64,000 nucleotides of DNA from the human T2T-CHM13v2.0 reference genome, Homo sapiens: NCBI RefSeq assembly GCF_009914755.1, contig NC_060931.1, one strand, 5' to 3'. Both the position numbers and the translations under genes were made by a program. Below the pieces are notes generated by a model. The model worked only from the letters and a program-made list of their open reading frames with translations, was not told where the DNA came from and did no database searches. Shown one piece after another: positions 1-12,188 of this stretch. The stretch's first letter is position 1, and each line of letters begins with the position of its first letter.

Positions 1-283
1 CACTCATGAATGGATTAATGCCATTATCACAGAAATGAGTTGGTTATCTTGAGAGTAGGTTTGTTACAAAATCTAGTTTGGCCCCTCTTGCTCTTCTTCT
101 CACCCTCTTTTGGCATTCCACCTTCTGCCATTAGATGATAGGGCATGAAGGCTCTCACCAGATGCTGGAACCATGCTCTTGGACTTTCTAGCCTCCAGAA
201 TCATGAGCCAAGTACATTTCTGTTTGTTATAAATTACCCAGTCAGTGATTTTCTGTTAAAGCAATGCAAAGCAGACTAAGACA
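1..283 (+). mobile_element. MaLR LTR (MSTC/MSTD/MLT1A-type), 3' part
   Basis: Typical MaLR motifs (ggactttctagcctccagaatcatgag, ataaattacccagtc); ends in gactaagaca. Confidence 0.85.
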
Positions 284-1479
284 GTGATGGAGTGCATATG
301 AGGTAAAATACTGGAAGGAGTCAACAGTGACAAATATTCTTTCCAGAGTATCAAATTTCTTATACTATAATCTAGCACTTCCTGATAAGAAAATCTGGGA
401 GATTCATTATCTCAAAACATATTTAGCCAAAAATCAGGGAATGGTGTTTATTGCAGTTAAATTGCACTCTTAGCTTTTAAACGCCATTGATTAGAAAGAA
501 AAAGTTATAAATTAACATTGTCGCAATTGACCCGTATACATCATCTTGAGATGAGTGGAGTTTTCATGTACAACAAAAAATTATTGCAGGTGCACAAATG
601 ATGTATGCATTTAAAATCTAACTCAATTAATTATATGAAGAAAAGAAATATGCTTTGTCAAATTTTAAAATAAAACTGATATATGTGTTTCATTTTGCTT
701 TCAAAATGTCAGTTACAGCTCTCTTTAAGGAACACAGTGGTGAGAAAACACAACACTTCAAAACTCCACTAAGAACTACTTTGTAGAAATGGCAAGTTTA
801 AGAGCAGAGTATTTGACAAGGTTCTGGAAATCCTAAAGGAAAAATATCCAAATATAATATCAAAGTGAGAAGTGAATCTGAGAGATGGATGTTGCCATAA
901 TTTTCAATGGTAACTCAGCTCCCTTAATAGATTCTTTATGAGCATTTGGAAAGAAAAAGTAATGGTTATAGTTAGAAAATGAAAATAGTACATTTAATTC
1001 TCCTGGCTCAATATATAGTAAAGGTATTGTGGATACACCCCTTGCCTAATTCAATCATTGACTTATCTGGGCTTCACCACTCATTACAATACATTGAGGT
1101 ATTCACATCAATGGGGCTAATTTGTATATAAATATATAATTCCATATAAATTGTAGGTTACAGCCTACATGGAGATAATAGTTATGAGATTATCTATATT
1201 TTCATATATTGTTTTATTTTTTATTTCAATTCAACTAGATGAATATGCTTTTTGTCATCCTTGAGGGATACATTAAACTCATTTTCTCAATATCATGTCC
1301 TTTCAGTTATATAACTTCTATGCCCAAAATACTGTATCAGTCATTGGCTTTCCATAAGAATATTATGGCAGGTAAAAACCAAAACTATTGACTCTTAGGT
1401 AGATTTATGTGGTGATGATTTCATTGGTGATGTTCTCCCATTTAATATCATTTTTTGGAAAGCTATCTCATTATAGCTC

Positions 1480-1514
1480 GTGTGTATGTGTCTGTGTGTG
1501 TGTGTGAGTGTGTC
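1480..1514. repeat. (TG)n microsatellite, imperfect
   Basis: gtgtgtatgtgtctgtgtgtgtgtgtgagtgtgt. Confidence 0.85.
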
Positions 1515-1599
1515 ACAGAGAGAAAGATGTGAAATTTGCTGAAAAATTTCTCCATCAAAACTAGAAAGAAGATTCTGAGATGGTAAAAATGTAATAAAA

Positions 1600-1787
1600 C
1601 AGCGAACAGACAGGATTTTAAATGTTCTTACCACAAATAAATGATAAATATATGAAGTAATCATTATGATAATTAGCCTGATTTGATCATTTCACAATTG
1701 AAACACTGTATCCCATAACGGTATCCCATAATGTATCCCAATATTGTATTCCATAAATATATACAATTATTATTTGTCAGTTAAAAG
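1600..1787 (+). mobile_element. L1MA-type 3' end fragment
   Basis: aaatgttcttaccacaaa...ttgatcatttcacaat...cccataaatatatacaattattatttgtcagttaaaa resembles an L1MA 3' UTR end. Confidence 0.75.
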
Positions 1788-2539
1788 TCAAAGTTTAATG
1801 GTATCAAAAGTTAGAGCCATTTTAATGTAAAAAACACCCAATAGTTCCCTCTACTGAAATCCACTGTGTTTTTAGAAACCAAGTCCTAAGGCAAACTGTT
1901 AAATATGAACTAAGCAGGTGTTTCTGCACACTGCTAACGATTAATGGTCACTGCCTTTGGTGAAAAATTTCAAATGAGTACAATTTGTGAAAAATATACA
2001 TGTAATTGTATTATGTAAATTCAGTGTATATATCCTTTCTGAGCTTAACTGTATATATTTTTTAGGTTTCTGTCCTTGGGGAATATCATGGGAGTTATTT
2101 AGTCTTTATGTAAAATTTTAATTATTTAGGATAATATGTTTGTATGATTACAATAAGACACTGCGGAAGTCAGCTGTGGCTTAAGTGTTAAGAGAACAGA
2201 GTAACAATATCCAGGGGCCAATGTAGACATTGCTTAGGATGTTGGCAGTATAGCTTCATTAACCAAATCACATATAGCATATGTTGTGGTCTAAGAAAGG
2301 ATCAGAATAAAGTTCTTATAGCGAAAGGAACATCAGATGCTGCAAAAACTTTAGCAAGTGTAATAGGAGCTTGCATAGTTAAGATGTTACCTTGCTGTCC
2401 CTCTGAGTGTCAATAAATATGATGAAGTTCATTTACAGTGAAGAATAAAGGAGGATACAACAATTGGAATTTCTCAAAAGAAGAGGAAGGAAAAAGTTTG
2501 AACTGAAGGCATTTTATTGACATTAAAGAGATGGTGAGG

Positions 2540-2781
2540 TGGACATTGTTGAATTGCATTGATGATGAAATGCTTGACAGGAATACATTACACTTGGTGA
2601 CCCAAAAGTTTTCCTTGCAATTGAAGGTGAGGGTAGGCTTATTTGGGTATGCACACACCATGGACATTGTTGAATTGCATTGATGATGAAATGCTTGACA
2701 GGAATACATTACACTTGGTGACCCAAAAGTTTTCCTTGCAATTAAAGGTGAGGGTAGGCTTATTTGGGTGTGCACACACCA
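2540..2781. repeat. 121-bp tandem duplication (2 copies)
   Basis: 2540-2660 and 2661-2781 identical except at 2623/2744 and 2649/2770. Confidence 0.97.
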
Positions 2782-2992
2782 TGGGAAATATATAATTCTT
2801 AGGGCCCTAGTATATGCTGAGTATCTTTCCAGGTCCTAGAATGCAACATTGTGTCTGGGAGAGAGGGAGAGAGGGAGTGAGGGCATGGGGGGCAGATGCA
2901 GAAACACTTTCTTCACTTTGTATTTTCACATGAACCTGAAATTAATCTCTTGGAGAGATTACCTTGTAAATATCTTGAGAAATGTCAGGCAA

Positions 2993-3078
2993 TTTTTTTT
3001 TTTTTTTGAGACGGAGTCTTGCTCTGTCGCCCAGGCTGGAGTGCAAGTGGCGCGATCTCGGCTCACTGCAAGCTCCGC
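2993..3078 (-). mobile_element. Severely 5'-truncated AluY-type element
   Basis: poly-T + gagacggagtcttgctctgtcgcccagg...gctcactgcaagctccgc (AluY diagnostic); flanked by gcaattttt repeats. Confidence 0.9.
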
Positions 3079-3367
3079 AATTTTTATAGAAAGAAAATCT
3101 AGTAATTTAACATTCTTCCTTTCGCTTTCCCTTCTAAAGTAAATATTTTCTCTTAAAAATAAAAATAAACAAATAACTAAAAAGAAAAGGGGGTATTTTT
3201 GTTGTATTTTTAAATTTTCTTTCACAGAATAGACCAAAGTTTTAAGCATTCTGTATCTCTTAGTTTCTATTAAATAGGGCTTTTCTCTTTTTATTCTATG
3301 TTGTAAGAAGCCATTCAAATATTTTTGGGCACAAATTTGAGGAATGCACATGAAACATTAAAAACTA

Positions 3368-3505
3368 TGGGCTTAGGAGTCAGAAAAACCAGAGTTTGTA
3401 TCAGTTTTGTCACTTATTAGCTGCCTGACCATAGGCAAGTTACTGAACCACTTGGAGATTTGTTTTTTTTCTTCTATAAAACAATGATATTTTGGAGGAT
3501 TAAAG
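3368..3505 (+). mobile_element. MIR
   Basis: ggagtcaga...cacttattagctgcctgaccataggcaagttact MIR core. Confidence 0.7.
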
Positions 3506-4440
3506 TGTCTTACAATTGGTCATTTTTATACTCTTTCTCCATCATCATCATTATTATTATAAATATTCTCTTTTGCCAGATGAAAATATTAGTAGGAAAA
3601 AATCAAAATAAGCAATATTTGTGCAAGTAAATACAATAATACTTAATTGTTATGTTTAATATCCTAACATGCTCCCATACATTATAGAAATAAAAGAACG
3701 GTTATTTTGAATGAAGTTTTCGCCTTTCTTCTTGTCTTTTCCTACTTTGCAAGTAAATAAGTAGTTAGGCAGAAGGAATGAAGGTAGAATCCTTGAAACT
3801 AAACATTAGATAGTATTTACATAATTGAAAGTTGACTACATGGGATCTTTCATAATAATTGATTTATCTGCATTTTTTCAAACCGCTTCCCACAAGCCAG
3901 AGGCAAGCAAGTCAAAGAAAATTATTAGAAAAAAATATATAGACAAGTTGTCTGAAAAAGGACTTGTAGTTGGTATAAGTTTTGGGGAGCTATAGTTGCT
4001 AAATTAGTGTTTTACCATAAATATCCTGAATTACTTCTGCTGAAACAGTTAGTGAAGTTTTCGTGAAAATAGCATTGAATTTCTTCAAAAGTCAAAGCTC
4101 ATTTCAGCTATATAATATTTTTCATAGCAATAAATATATTTTCAGAATTGAGCTTCTATAAAAAATTTTAAGTAATATCACAAAATAAACCAGAAAGCCT
4201 ATTAGTAGACAAGTAATGTTTTCAGTTCCAAGCAGTTTTCCTCTTCAAGTATTTGAGGTTGTTCATTTCATAACATGGTTACTATGATTGGAATAATGTA
4301 CTAGTAAGAGTGATAAGAAATTATTTTTGTCATTATTCATCTCAATTTTGAGGCATGTGAAAAGGAACTTTGTTGTATGTGGTATAACGTGTTATTCAAG
4401 TTCAGATGTGACAGATGTCACATGTGAATTTAAAAAAACA

Positions 4441-4965
4441 GATTTCCCACTACTGGGTATCTACCCAAAGGAAAAGACGTCATTATATAAAAAAAAAAAA
4501 AAAACACCTACACATGAATGTGTATTGCAACACAATTGCAAAGATATGGAACCCACCTAAGTTCCCATCGACCAAAGAGTCGATAAAGAAAATGTGGTAT
4601 ACATATACCATAGAAAGCTACTCATTAAAAAAATGAAATAATGTCTTATGCAGCAACTTGGATGGAGCTGGAGGCCCTTATTCCAAGTGAAGAAACTCAG
4701 GAATGGAAAACCAAATATCATATGTTCTCACTTACAAGTGGGAGCTAAGCTATGGGCATATAAAGGATTACAGAGTGGTATAATGGACTATGGAGACTCA
4801 GAAGGTGGAGGGTGGGAGGTGGGTGTGGGATAAAAAGCTACATATTGGGTATAATGTACACTACTTTGGTGAAGGGGGCACTCAAATCTCAGACTTCCCT
4901 GCTATAATATTCATCTATGTAATCAAAAGCCACTTGTTCCTCAAAAACTATTGATATTTAAAAAA
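4441..4965 (+). mobile_element. L1PB-type 3' end (ORF2 tail + 3' UTR)
   Basis: cccactactgggtatctacccaaagg...gcagcaacttggatggagctggaggcc...aagtgggagctaagctatg; ORF 4415-4636 carries TIAKIWNPPKFPS. Confidence 0.9.
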
Positions 4966-5447
4966 TCAAATTTATTGAATCACAGTATTTTACACATAGA
5001 AAGTAATAGATAGTTTAATTAAGTTCTTTCACTTTATTAATGAGAACATTGGGGAATAAAAGAGTGACTTTCTGAAAGACCAACAGCTGATTTCCTGTAT
5101 TTTAAATCTGAATGAAGAGTAGTTTTGGTTCCTAATATAGTGATGAGCTACAAAAATATACACATTTATGTCATCTGTGCAATTGCAAACCCTCTTCTTA
5201 TTCATGGGCCTGTTTTTTAAATCTATTTATGGGTATTATTTCTCTGTTTTTATGGTGATGATGATGATGGTAAAAATAATGAGACCATAAAGACTGACAG
5301 TGTAAGGATCAGCTTTACTGATTTCAATAGATCTCAATTTCCATTAGGATTGCATAACCACTAAAAAGATTCAATGACACAATTTTCACATATGTGTCAA
5401 TTAGACCCACAGTGCTCCCTAAATCTTCCCATCCTTCCCACCAATTC

Positions 5448-5590
5448 TGTTGCTACTCAAAGTGCGGTCTGCACTGGGGTAACCTAGGAGCTTGTTAGAA
5501 AGCACAATCTCACATCCTATCCCAAACGTACTGATTCAGAATCTGCATTTTAACAAGATCTCCAGATAATAGTGAGCAGTAGTCGCTCTA
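5448..5590. mobile_element. MER5-type hAT-Charlie relic
   Basis: gctactcaaagtgcggtc...gagcttgttagaaa...tactgattcagaatctgcattttaacaagatctcc. Confidence 0.75.
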
Positions 5591-6130
5591 GAGCAACTTT
5601 GATGGACCCCATGTGCCTCTTTGATAAGAAGTTAGACTGGTTAATGGGGATTCTCTGAGTATGACTTTAAGGTTACAAATTTCATTATGCTTTTTGGTTT
5701 GGGGCAGGCACAGACCAACGCAATCCAGACTCTTTTTGTGGCGCCTCCAAAATGTTTGCTATTGCTGAGAAGAGAGGAATATTAGACTCTCATATCAGAA
5801 TTTGGTGAAAGTTGTATTGGTTACCATTTCATGGCTGTGTGGTGTACTCTACACTTAGAACGGAGACAGTGCACTTAATAGAAGTGGCTTTGCATTGCAT
5901 AGCTGTTAAAACTTTTCCAGCAAATGCTACCAGCTAAATTATAAGGGTGAATTAAAGAGTGCCCTTTATAAATAGTCACAAAAGGCCTTTGCAGCTGATT
6001 ATAGTGTGGGTGTAATTTGGAGAAAGGTTTGCTGTAGGCATGAAATCGTAGTACTGCTATTGGAATAGAGTCAAGAGCCTAGCCATTTCCAGTAGCTGTA
6101 TCACCACCTGCTAGTATACTTATTCAGATT

Positions 6131-6304
6131 TGAGTCAGAGGGATGCATGAAGTCTAATGAGTCATCAAGTCTTCACCTAAAACACGTAATCTACCTATTC
6201 CTTTTCAAATGAGACTTGTTTGAGTCAGACTCTTGCCTATGAGCTGACCTGAAGTCTTAAATGCTTTTCTGCCAAATGAATTGCTTAACACAAATTGCTT
6301 AACA
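6131..6304. promoter_or_regulatory. Candidate enhancer: 3 AP-1 sites plus 2 C/EBP-like sites
   Basis: TGAGTCA at 6131, 6158 (ATGAGTCAT) and 6221; AATTGCTTAACA at 6279 and 6293. Confidence 0.4.
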
Positions 6305-6383
6305 GTTTTTGTTCTGAGTTAGTCCCAAAATTTTGTCTGGGTCTCAGTTCTCCTGGAAATCTTCATACATGAAGACGAGTCCT

Positions 6384-6653
6384 GGCTGAGTGTGGTGGCT
6401 CATGCCTGTAATCCTAACACTTTGGGTGGCTGAGTTGGCAGGATTGCTTGAGCCCAAGAGTTCAAGACCTTCCTGGGCAACAAAGCCAGACCCCGTCTCT
6501 ACAAAAAATTTAAAAGTTAGCTGGGTCTGATGGCTTGCGGTGGGAGGATTGCTTAAGCCCAGGAGGTAGAGGGTGCAGTGAGCTGTGATCATGTCACTGT
6601 ACTTCAGCATAAGTGGCAGAGCCAGACTCTGTCTCAAAAAAAAAAAAAAAAAA
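6384..6653 (+). mobile_element. AluJ with ~30-bp right-arm deletion
   Basis: Dimeric Alu, J diagnostics (ggattgcttgagccca), A-tail. Confidence 0.92.
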
Positions 6654-6941
6654 AGACAGAGCTAAGGAATCTTATCTTGGACTCCTCCTTGGCTGCTGGT
6701 TTGATTCTCCAGCCAAATATTTATAGCACTAAGCCAGCCTGAGAGTCATTGGTCTTAGACTCAGAATGACCCAGAAAATGCATCTTATCATTGCTGTCAT
6801 TAACAAGTTGCTTGCCACTATGATCTGCTGTGCCTTGGGGACTGTTAGCTAGGGAGTAGTTCCCTCTTGCTAGGACTACTTTTCCTGCTAAATAGCCTTC
6901 CCATGCCTGTCTGATTTGGACAGGGATTTTTGAAAGTATAT

Positions 6942-6974
6942 CTGTGTGTGTCTGTGTGTGTCTGTGTGTGTGTG
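6942..6974. repeat. (TCTGTGTGTG)n/(TG)n microsatellite
   Basis: ctgtgtgtgtctgtgtgtgtctgtgtgtgtgtg. Confidence 0.85.
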
Positions 6975-6995
6975 AAACTCTTATGTGTCTTCTAT

Positions 6996-7240
6996 AATAA
7001 TAATAGCTACATTTATATAGAACTTACCGTGTACAAGGCATTGTTTTAGTATTATATGTATATGTAAGTGTGTGTATATATACACATGATCTCATTGAAT
7101 TCTTACTATAACAATGATGTAGGTGGTAGTATTATTTGTTTTACAGGTAGGGAGACTGAGGCATAGAAATGTTAAGTGCCTTGATCAAGGCCATAAAGCT
7201 AAAAAAGAGAGGCCAAGATTCTATTCAATCCCAGGCAGTA
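6996..7240 (-). mobile_element. MIR
   Basis: ttttacaggtagggagactgaggcatagaaatgttaagtgccttgatcaaggcca. Confidence 0.8.
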
Positions 7241-9185
7241 GAGATCCTAATTTCTACTGTAATTGCAGATTCGTTGATGATACTCCTGACTTTGGTGGAG
7301 GAATCAGGGCACAGGAATAGAGGAAACCCTGAGAATGGGGACCTCTAATTAGGGACTGGGAGGAAGACAGTCTCTAGCTTTCACAGGGACCTAAAGCGAC
7401 AGGGTAGTGAAACAAAAGAGAGACAGGCAATTCCTTCTGTCTTCTCTGGCTAAAAAACAAGGGGAGCAGAAAGCCAAGGGGACAATGCTAGAAGGCCAAA
7501 TAAGGAACAAGTCACAAATTCCTCATTCCAAGGAGAAGATGCCAACTCCTAGGCAGGTCCATGTGGCTAGTCAATTAGGGTCTCAAGGAGACACATGCAA
7601 AGAGCTTTACCATTGATCTACTTTCTCTGAGCAGGAAAGAGCCAGATTGACCCTAAGGCAGTTGGACAGACTGTCAGCAGTTAAATGGAAGGATGTGGGC
7701 TGATGGAAGCAGATCTGAAAAATCCTGTCTCAGTTGTCCATTCCCAGATGGAGGGAGGAAGCTCTTGTGGGCAGAACAGGGTGTGGACGGGTGAGCTGTA
7801 ATTTCTTGGGGACTGGAGAGAACATAATTCAGCCAGGCCTACTCTCTTCCTACTTTATGCAAAATATTTCCAGCTGTGTTCATTAGATTATATAATCTTG
7901 AATATTGAGAATAAGATACAATTTCTTAAATTCAGCAATGCACAACGAATTCTTCATTAAAAGAAATTTGGTATGCTTTTAGAGATGGGAGACACAGCCA
8001 TAAGAAAATATGCTACTATAAAAGAAAATGCTCTTAATTAATACTGACATAGTGAGGACTCCTCTGGCATTGAGAACATTTAATATTAATGCAAAATGTT
8101 GTTGTCTACCATTTCCTTTTTTCTTTAGATCATTAGCATAGGATTACAAAATTTTAAATTGGATTTCAAACCCATACCAAACAGCTGTGTCTTCTATTAC
8201 AAAAGACAATGCACTCATACATATGTATTATGCACTTAATTAAAACTGTTGGATTTTCATTTTTAAAAGTTCTGATGATGTCCTGAATTTTTATAGTGAT
8301 TTGGATCTCTGGCCTGTCATCAGTTTGCATATTTTGGGTGGAAAAGTAGGGTTTGGGTGAAATAAGCATTCCAAAGTTTATATAACGGGAGGAACATGGC
8401 CTAAAATTAGCCTTACCATGGGCTTAAAATTCATTATAGGTATTAATTCCTCGTACTTCTCAAGGGGTTATTTTCTCCCTTAATTTTTAAAATTCTAAGT
8501 GACATGTATTTGTTTTAGAAATATGTAGAAAAATATAAACAGGAAAATTAAAATTATCTATAATCTTATTCTGCTGAGTTGAACATTACAACTCATATAT
8601 TTCTTTTCTATAATTTTATTGCATAAAATCTATATATTTTATAGAATTTGAATCACACCATATTGATAAATATGCATTTTTAAACTTGCACTTTATTTTA
8701 AGTGGTCAACATTTTACCGTGTTATTAACTTGTCTTCACAAATATGAGTTTACATGGCTGTATAATAATGATGATAGCTGTAGAATATTTGAGCCTTCCA
8801 ATTCTGTGATGAATGTAATTTGAATTATAGGGGAAGTAAGGACAGGATAGAAATATATTGGAGGAAGAAAGAGAGAGGTGAGAAGTAGTGTAAGATAAAT
8901 TCTTAGAGATTAAAGCATGAAGTAAATTATGTGTAGAAATGATTATTTAAAAGATAAAGAAATAAGAGTATAAGCAGCCAAAAGCCATAAAATTTCCATC
9001 TGTTTCTAAAATGAGAAACTGGAATTCAAACAGGCAACTGATGATTTTCATTATAAGTTCCTCTAAATTACTTGATTTTTAACCATCTGCATATATGCTT
9101 TGGGTTTTTTTTAAGTGTAAATTAACTCTGGTGAAGAGTTGGACATTAAGATTAACCTCAGAATACCATGCTGGAAGGGGTGCCG

Positions 9186-9220
9186 GTGTGTGTTTGTGTG
9201 TGTGTGTGCGTGTGTGTGTG
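9186..9220. repeat. (TG)n microsatellite
   Basis: Direct read. Confidence 0.9.
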
Positions 9221-9919
9221 CATGCACGTACTTACATGGGAAGCCGACTGGGAATACAGTCTATCAGCAATGGCAGAAGAGGGAGTAACCACCCAAGAGC
9301 AATGCCCTCTGGGATAGCATGAGGGCTTGGGGGGCTGACAGCAAGGAGCAGAAACGGAGGACAAAAGTCAAGGAGCCCTTACTCTCTATGTCATGGCTTT
9401 GCTGTAGGGTAACCTTGCTAAGAAGACCTCATCAAGTGGGATGTAAGATCCCAACAGCAAAGCGCATTGGACCTGGAAAAAGGCCAGTTCTCCCAAATGT
9501 GATCATTATGTAGAAAAATAAGGGAGCAGTATTCTGAGCAACATGTCTGTATACCATTGATTGACACATAAGGTCCCTTCATTATAAATTTTACAGGGTG
9601 CCCAAGTCATTTTGCTGTGGTGTGATTTTGTAAAAATAAATATGTAGCTAAAAATAACATTTCCAAGCTGAAATATGTAGAAAGGCAAAACAAAAACTTC
9701 TAGCTTTCTTGTGGTAAATTGTGAGGTAAAATAAAATGAATCTTAAATATAGTGCAAAATAGGAGGTATCATGCCTTACATCATCTTTATCTCCTCCCTC
9801 CCATTTTTTCTGTTCTAAATGGAGTTGTGCTGTTATTTCATTTGTTATCCATATTTGGAAGTTTAGCTAGGAGGCTAGAAAATTTGATGAAGACACCTGA
9901 TTAATTTTTAAATTTTATT

Positions 9920-10000
9920 TATTAATATTTCGATAAATATTAATAAATATTAATATTTTGATAAATATTAATAAATATTAATATTTTGATAAATATTAAT
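9920..10000. repeat. 28-bp AT-rich minisatellite (~2.9 copies)
   Basis: Unit tattaatattt(c/t)gataaatattaataaa. Confidence 0.9.
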
Positions 10001-10004
10001 TGAT

Positions 10005-10130
10005 AAAAGTGTTTGCAATGTGCCAGGAATTAGGTTAGCTACTGATTTATAGTGGTGAGTAAACCACTGTCCCTACTCTCATGAAATCAGCCATTTGGTC
10101 TAAGGGCAGCAGGGAGCCAGAGTAAACAAT
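10005..10130 (-). mobile_element. L2 3' fragment
   Basis: tgcaatgtgccagg...gtggtgagtaaacc...gtccctactctcatg. Confidence 0.55.
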
Positions 10131-10277
10131 TCAGTCATGGCAGTAGGAGAACTCTGTGAAGAGCTCAAACTAGCTGAAGTTGCTTCCCATAGATATTATA
10201 AAATGTTAAAATATAATCATTCCTATGGGAAGAGTAGAATAAGACTATGTAAAGAAAAAAGAAAGAGACAACAAAGT

Positions 10278-10597
<320 letters not shown>

Positions 10598-10979
10598 TTA
10601 TTTTTCATTGTTAAAAATTCATTGGAATCCAATATATCCAGTCCTGGGTGTCCAAGTGAATTTGCTTAGAACTGAGATGGTATATTTACTTTCTTCTTTG
10701 GTTGAGCTTTTTCAGTAGAGATTTCTCTTATCTCTCTTTGTCTCCTTTTCTCCTCTAGGTAAACAGTATTTCCACAATTGTCCCCCTTATCTCTCTTTGT
10801 TTCTTCTGTCTCCCTCACTCCCTTTCCTAATAGTTTCTCTACTCATTATTTCTCCTTTTCATTCCTATTTGGATACCTTTTCTTCCTCTTCTCTCCACAC
10901 TGCTTTACCAAAACTACCAGTCATTAAAAGGTTTTAAAATTACATACAGTTGAATTCAGCTTTAGAAGATACATGTTCT

Positions 10980-11267
10980 AGCCGGGTGTGGTGCTTCATG
11001 CCTGTAATCCCAGCACTTTGGGAGGCCAAGGCAGGTGGATCATGAGGTTAGGAGATCGAGACCATCCTGGCCAACATGGTGAAACCTCATCTCTACTAAA
11101 AATACAAAATTAGCTGGGTGTGGTGGCACGTGCCTGTAGTCCCAGCTGCTCAGGGGGCTGAGGCAGGAGAATTGCTTGAATCCGGGAGGCGGAGGTTGAG
11201 CCGAGATCACACCCCTGCACTCCAGCCTGGCAACAGAGTGAGACTCAAAAAAAAAAAAAGAAAGAAT
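10980..11267 (+). mobile_element. AluSc-type
   Basis: ggagatcgagaccatcctggccaacatgg; TSD atacatgttct at 10969-10979 and 11268-11278. Confidence 0.92.
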
Positions 11268-11290
11268 ATACATGTTCTGCAAACAAATGT

Positions 11291-11912
11291 CCTTCTGCTA
11301 CCTATTCTATATTCCCTTTGCCTTCAGCAACACCTCAGCAGGTCGTGGATTTTTACTTAGTGGAGTGACCAAAACCTTCATTTCTTAAGGGTCTAGGTCA
11401 TTTGTAGTCCTGTCTGGATTGGGTTGTTATAGTTTCCCTTTGACCTTAATCATATGGCATGGTAATACTAAAAGATGCCCTAAGGGTTCGCCTGTATTCC
11501 ACATATACACTTCCTTACCTCCATTGTGGAGTAGTAGACTAATTTCATCTTGATAGTCTGGGACAATCAACCCAGCCAACACTGTAACTCCCTTCTTAGC
11601 CTGTTGACTTAGAGGTAGGAGGAGCCCAAGGTGTCCAGGTGGCAATCTCAACTTCCAGTTTAATGGAATTATTGTTGTGTCTCCTGGTGGCAGCATTCCT
11701 CCTTCTGGAACTAAGACCTCTAGGCCAGCAGATGTCTAATGTTGTGGGAACAGGAAGCAAAAATTTCGCTGGTGGGTCACTAGGGGTGATGGTGAGTGAT
11801 GCCATTTCTACTTCTACCCCTTGATTCCTGGACCCCTAAATTCTGGCTATGGGAGAAACAATACCATATACTGAGCGGTGATTTGGGGCATACACAGCCT
11901 TCTGGAGAACTT
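11291..11912 (-). mobile_element. HERV-L internal fragment (integrase C-terminus + dUTPase, decayed)
   Basis: ORF 11427-11696 MLPPGDTTIIPLNWKLRLPPGHLGLL...PDYQDEISLLLHN is ERV-L dUTPase-like; upstream VSPIARI.GSRNQGVEVE; frameshift and stops present. Confidence 0.9.
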
Positions 11913-12188
11913 GAAGTCTGATATTTGAGGGCAGAAAGCATCCAGCCTGGGAGAAAGATGAAATCTGGAAGACTCAGCAAGTCTGCTCTTCCATCTTCTG
12001 CCTGCTTTATTCTAGCCATGCTAGCAGCTGATTAGGTGGTGCCCACCCAGATTGAGGGTGGGTCTGCCTCTCCTTGTTCACTGACTCAAATGTTAATCTC
12101 CTTTGGCAACACCCTCACAGACACACCCAGGATCAATACTTTGTATCCTTCAATCCAATCAGGTTGACACACAGTATTAACCATCACA
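11906..12188 (-). mobile_element. MLT2A-type (HERV-L) LTR, 5' ~280 bp
   Basis: Reverse complement begins tgtgatggttaatactgtgtgtcaacctgattggattgaaggatacaaagtattg, the MLT2 LTR start. Confidence 0.88.

Noticed and set aside
7250-7850. Purine-rich, higher-GC stretch, possibly an ancient LTR
   Set aside because: No termini, TSD or consensus I can recognise
11427-11696. dUTPase ORF as a functional gene
   Set aside because: N-terminal part frameshifted and premature stops nearby; reported as an ERV relic only
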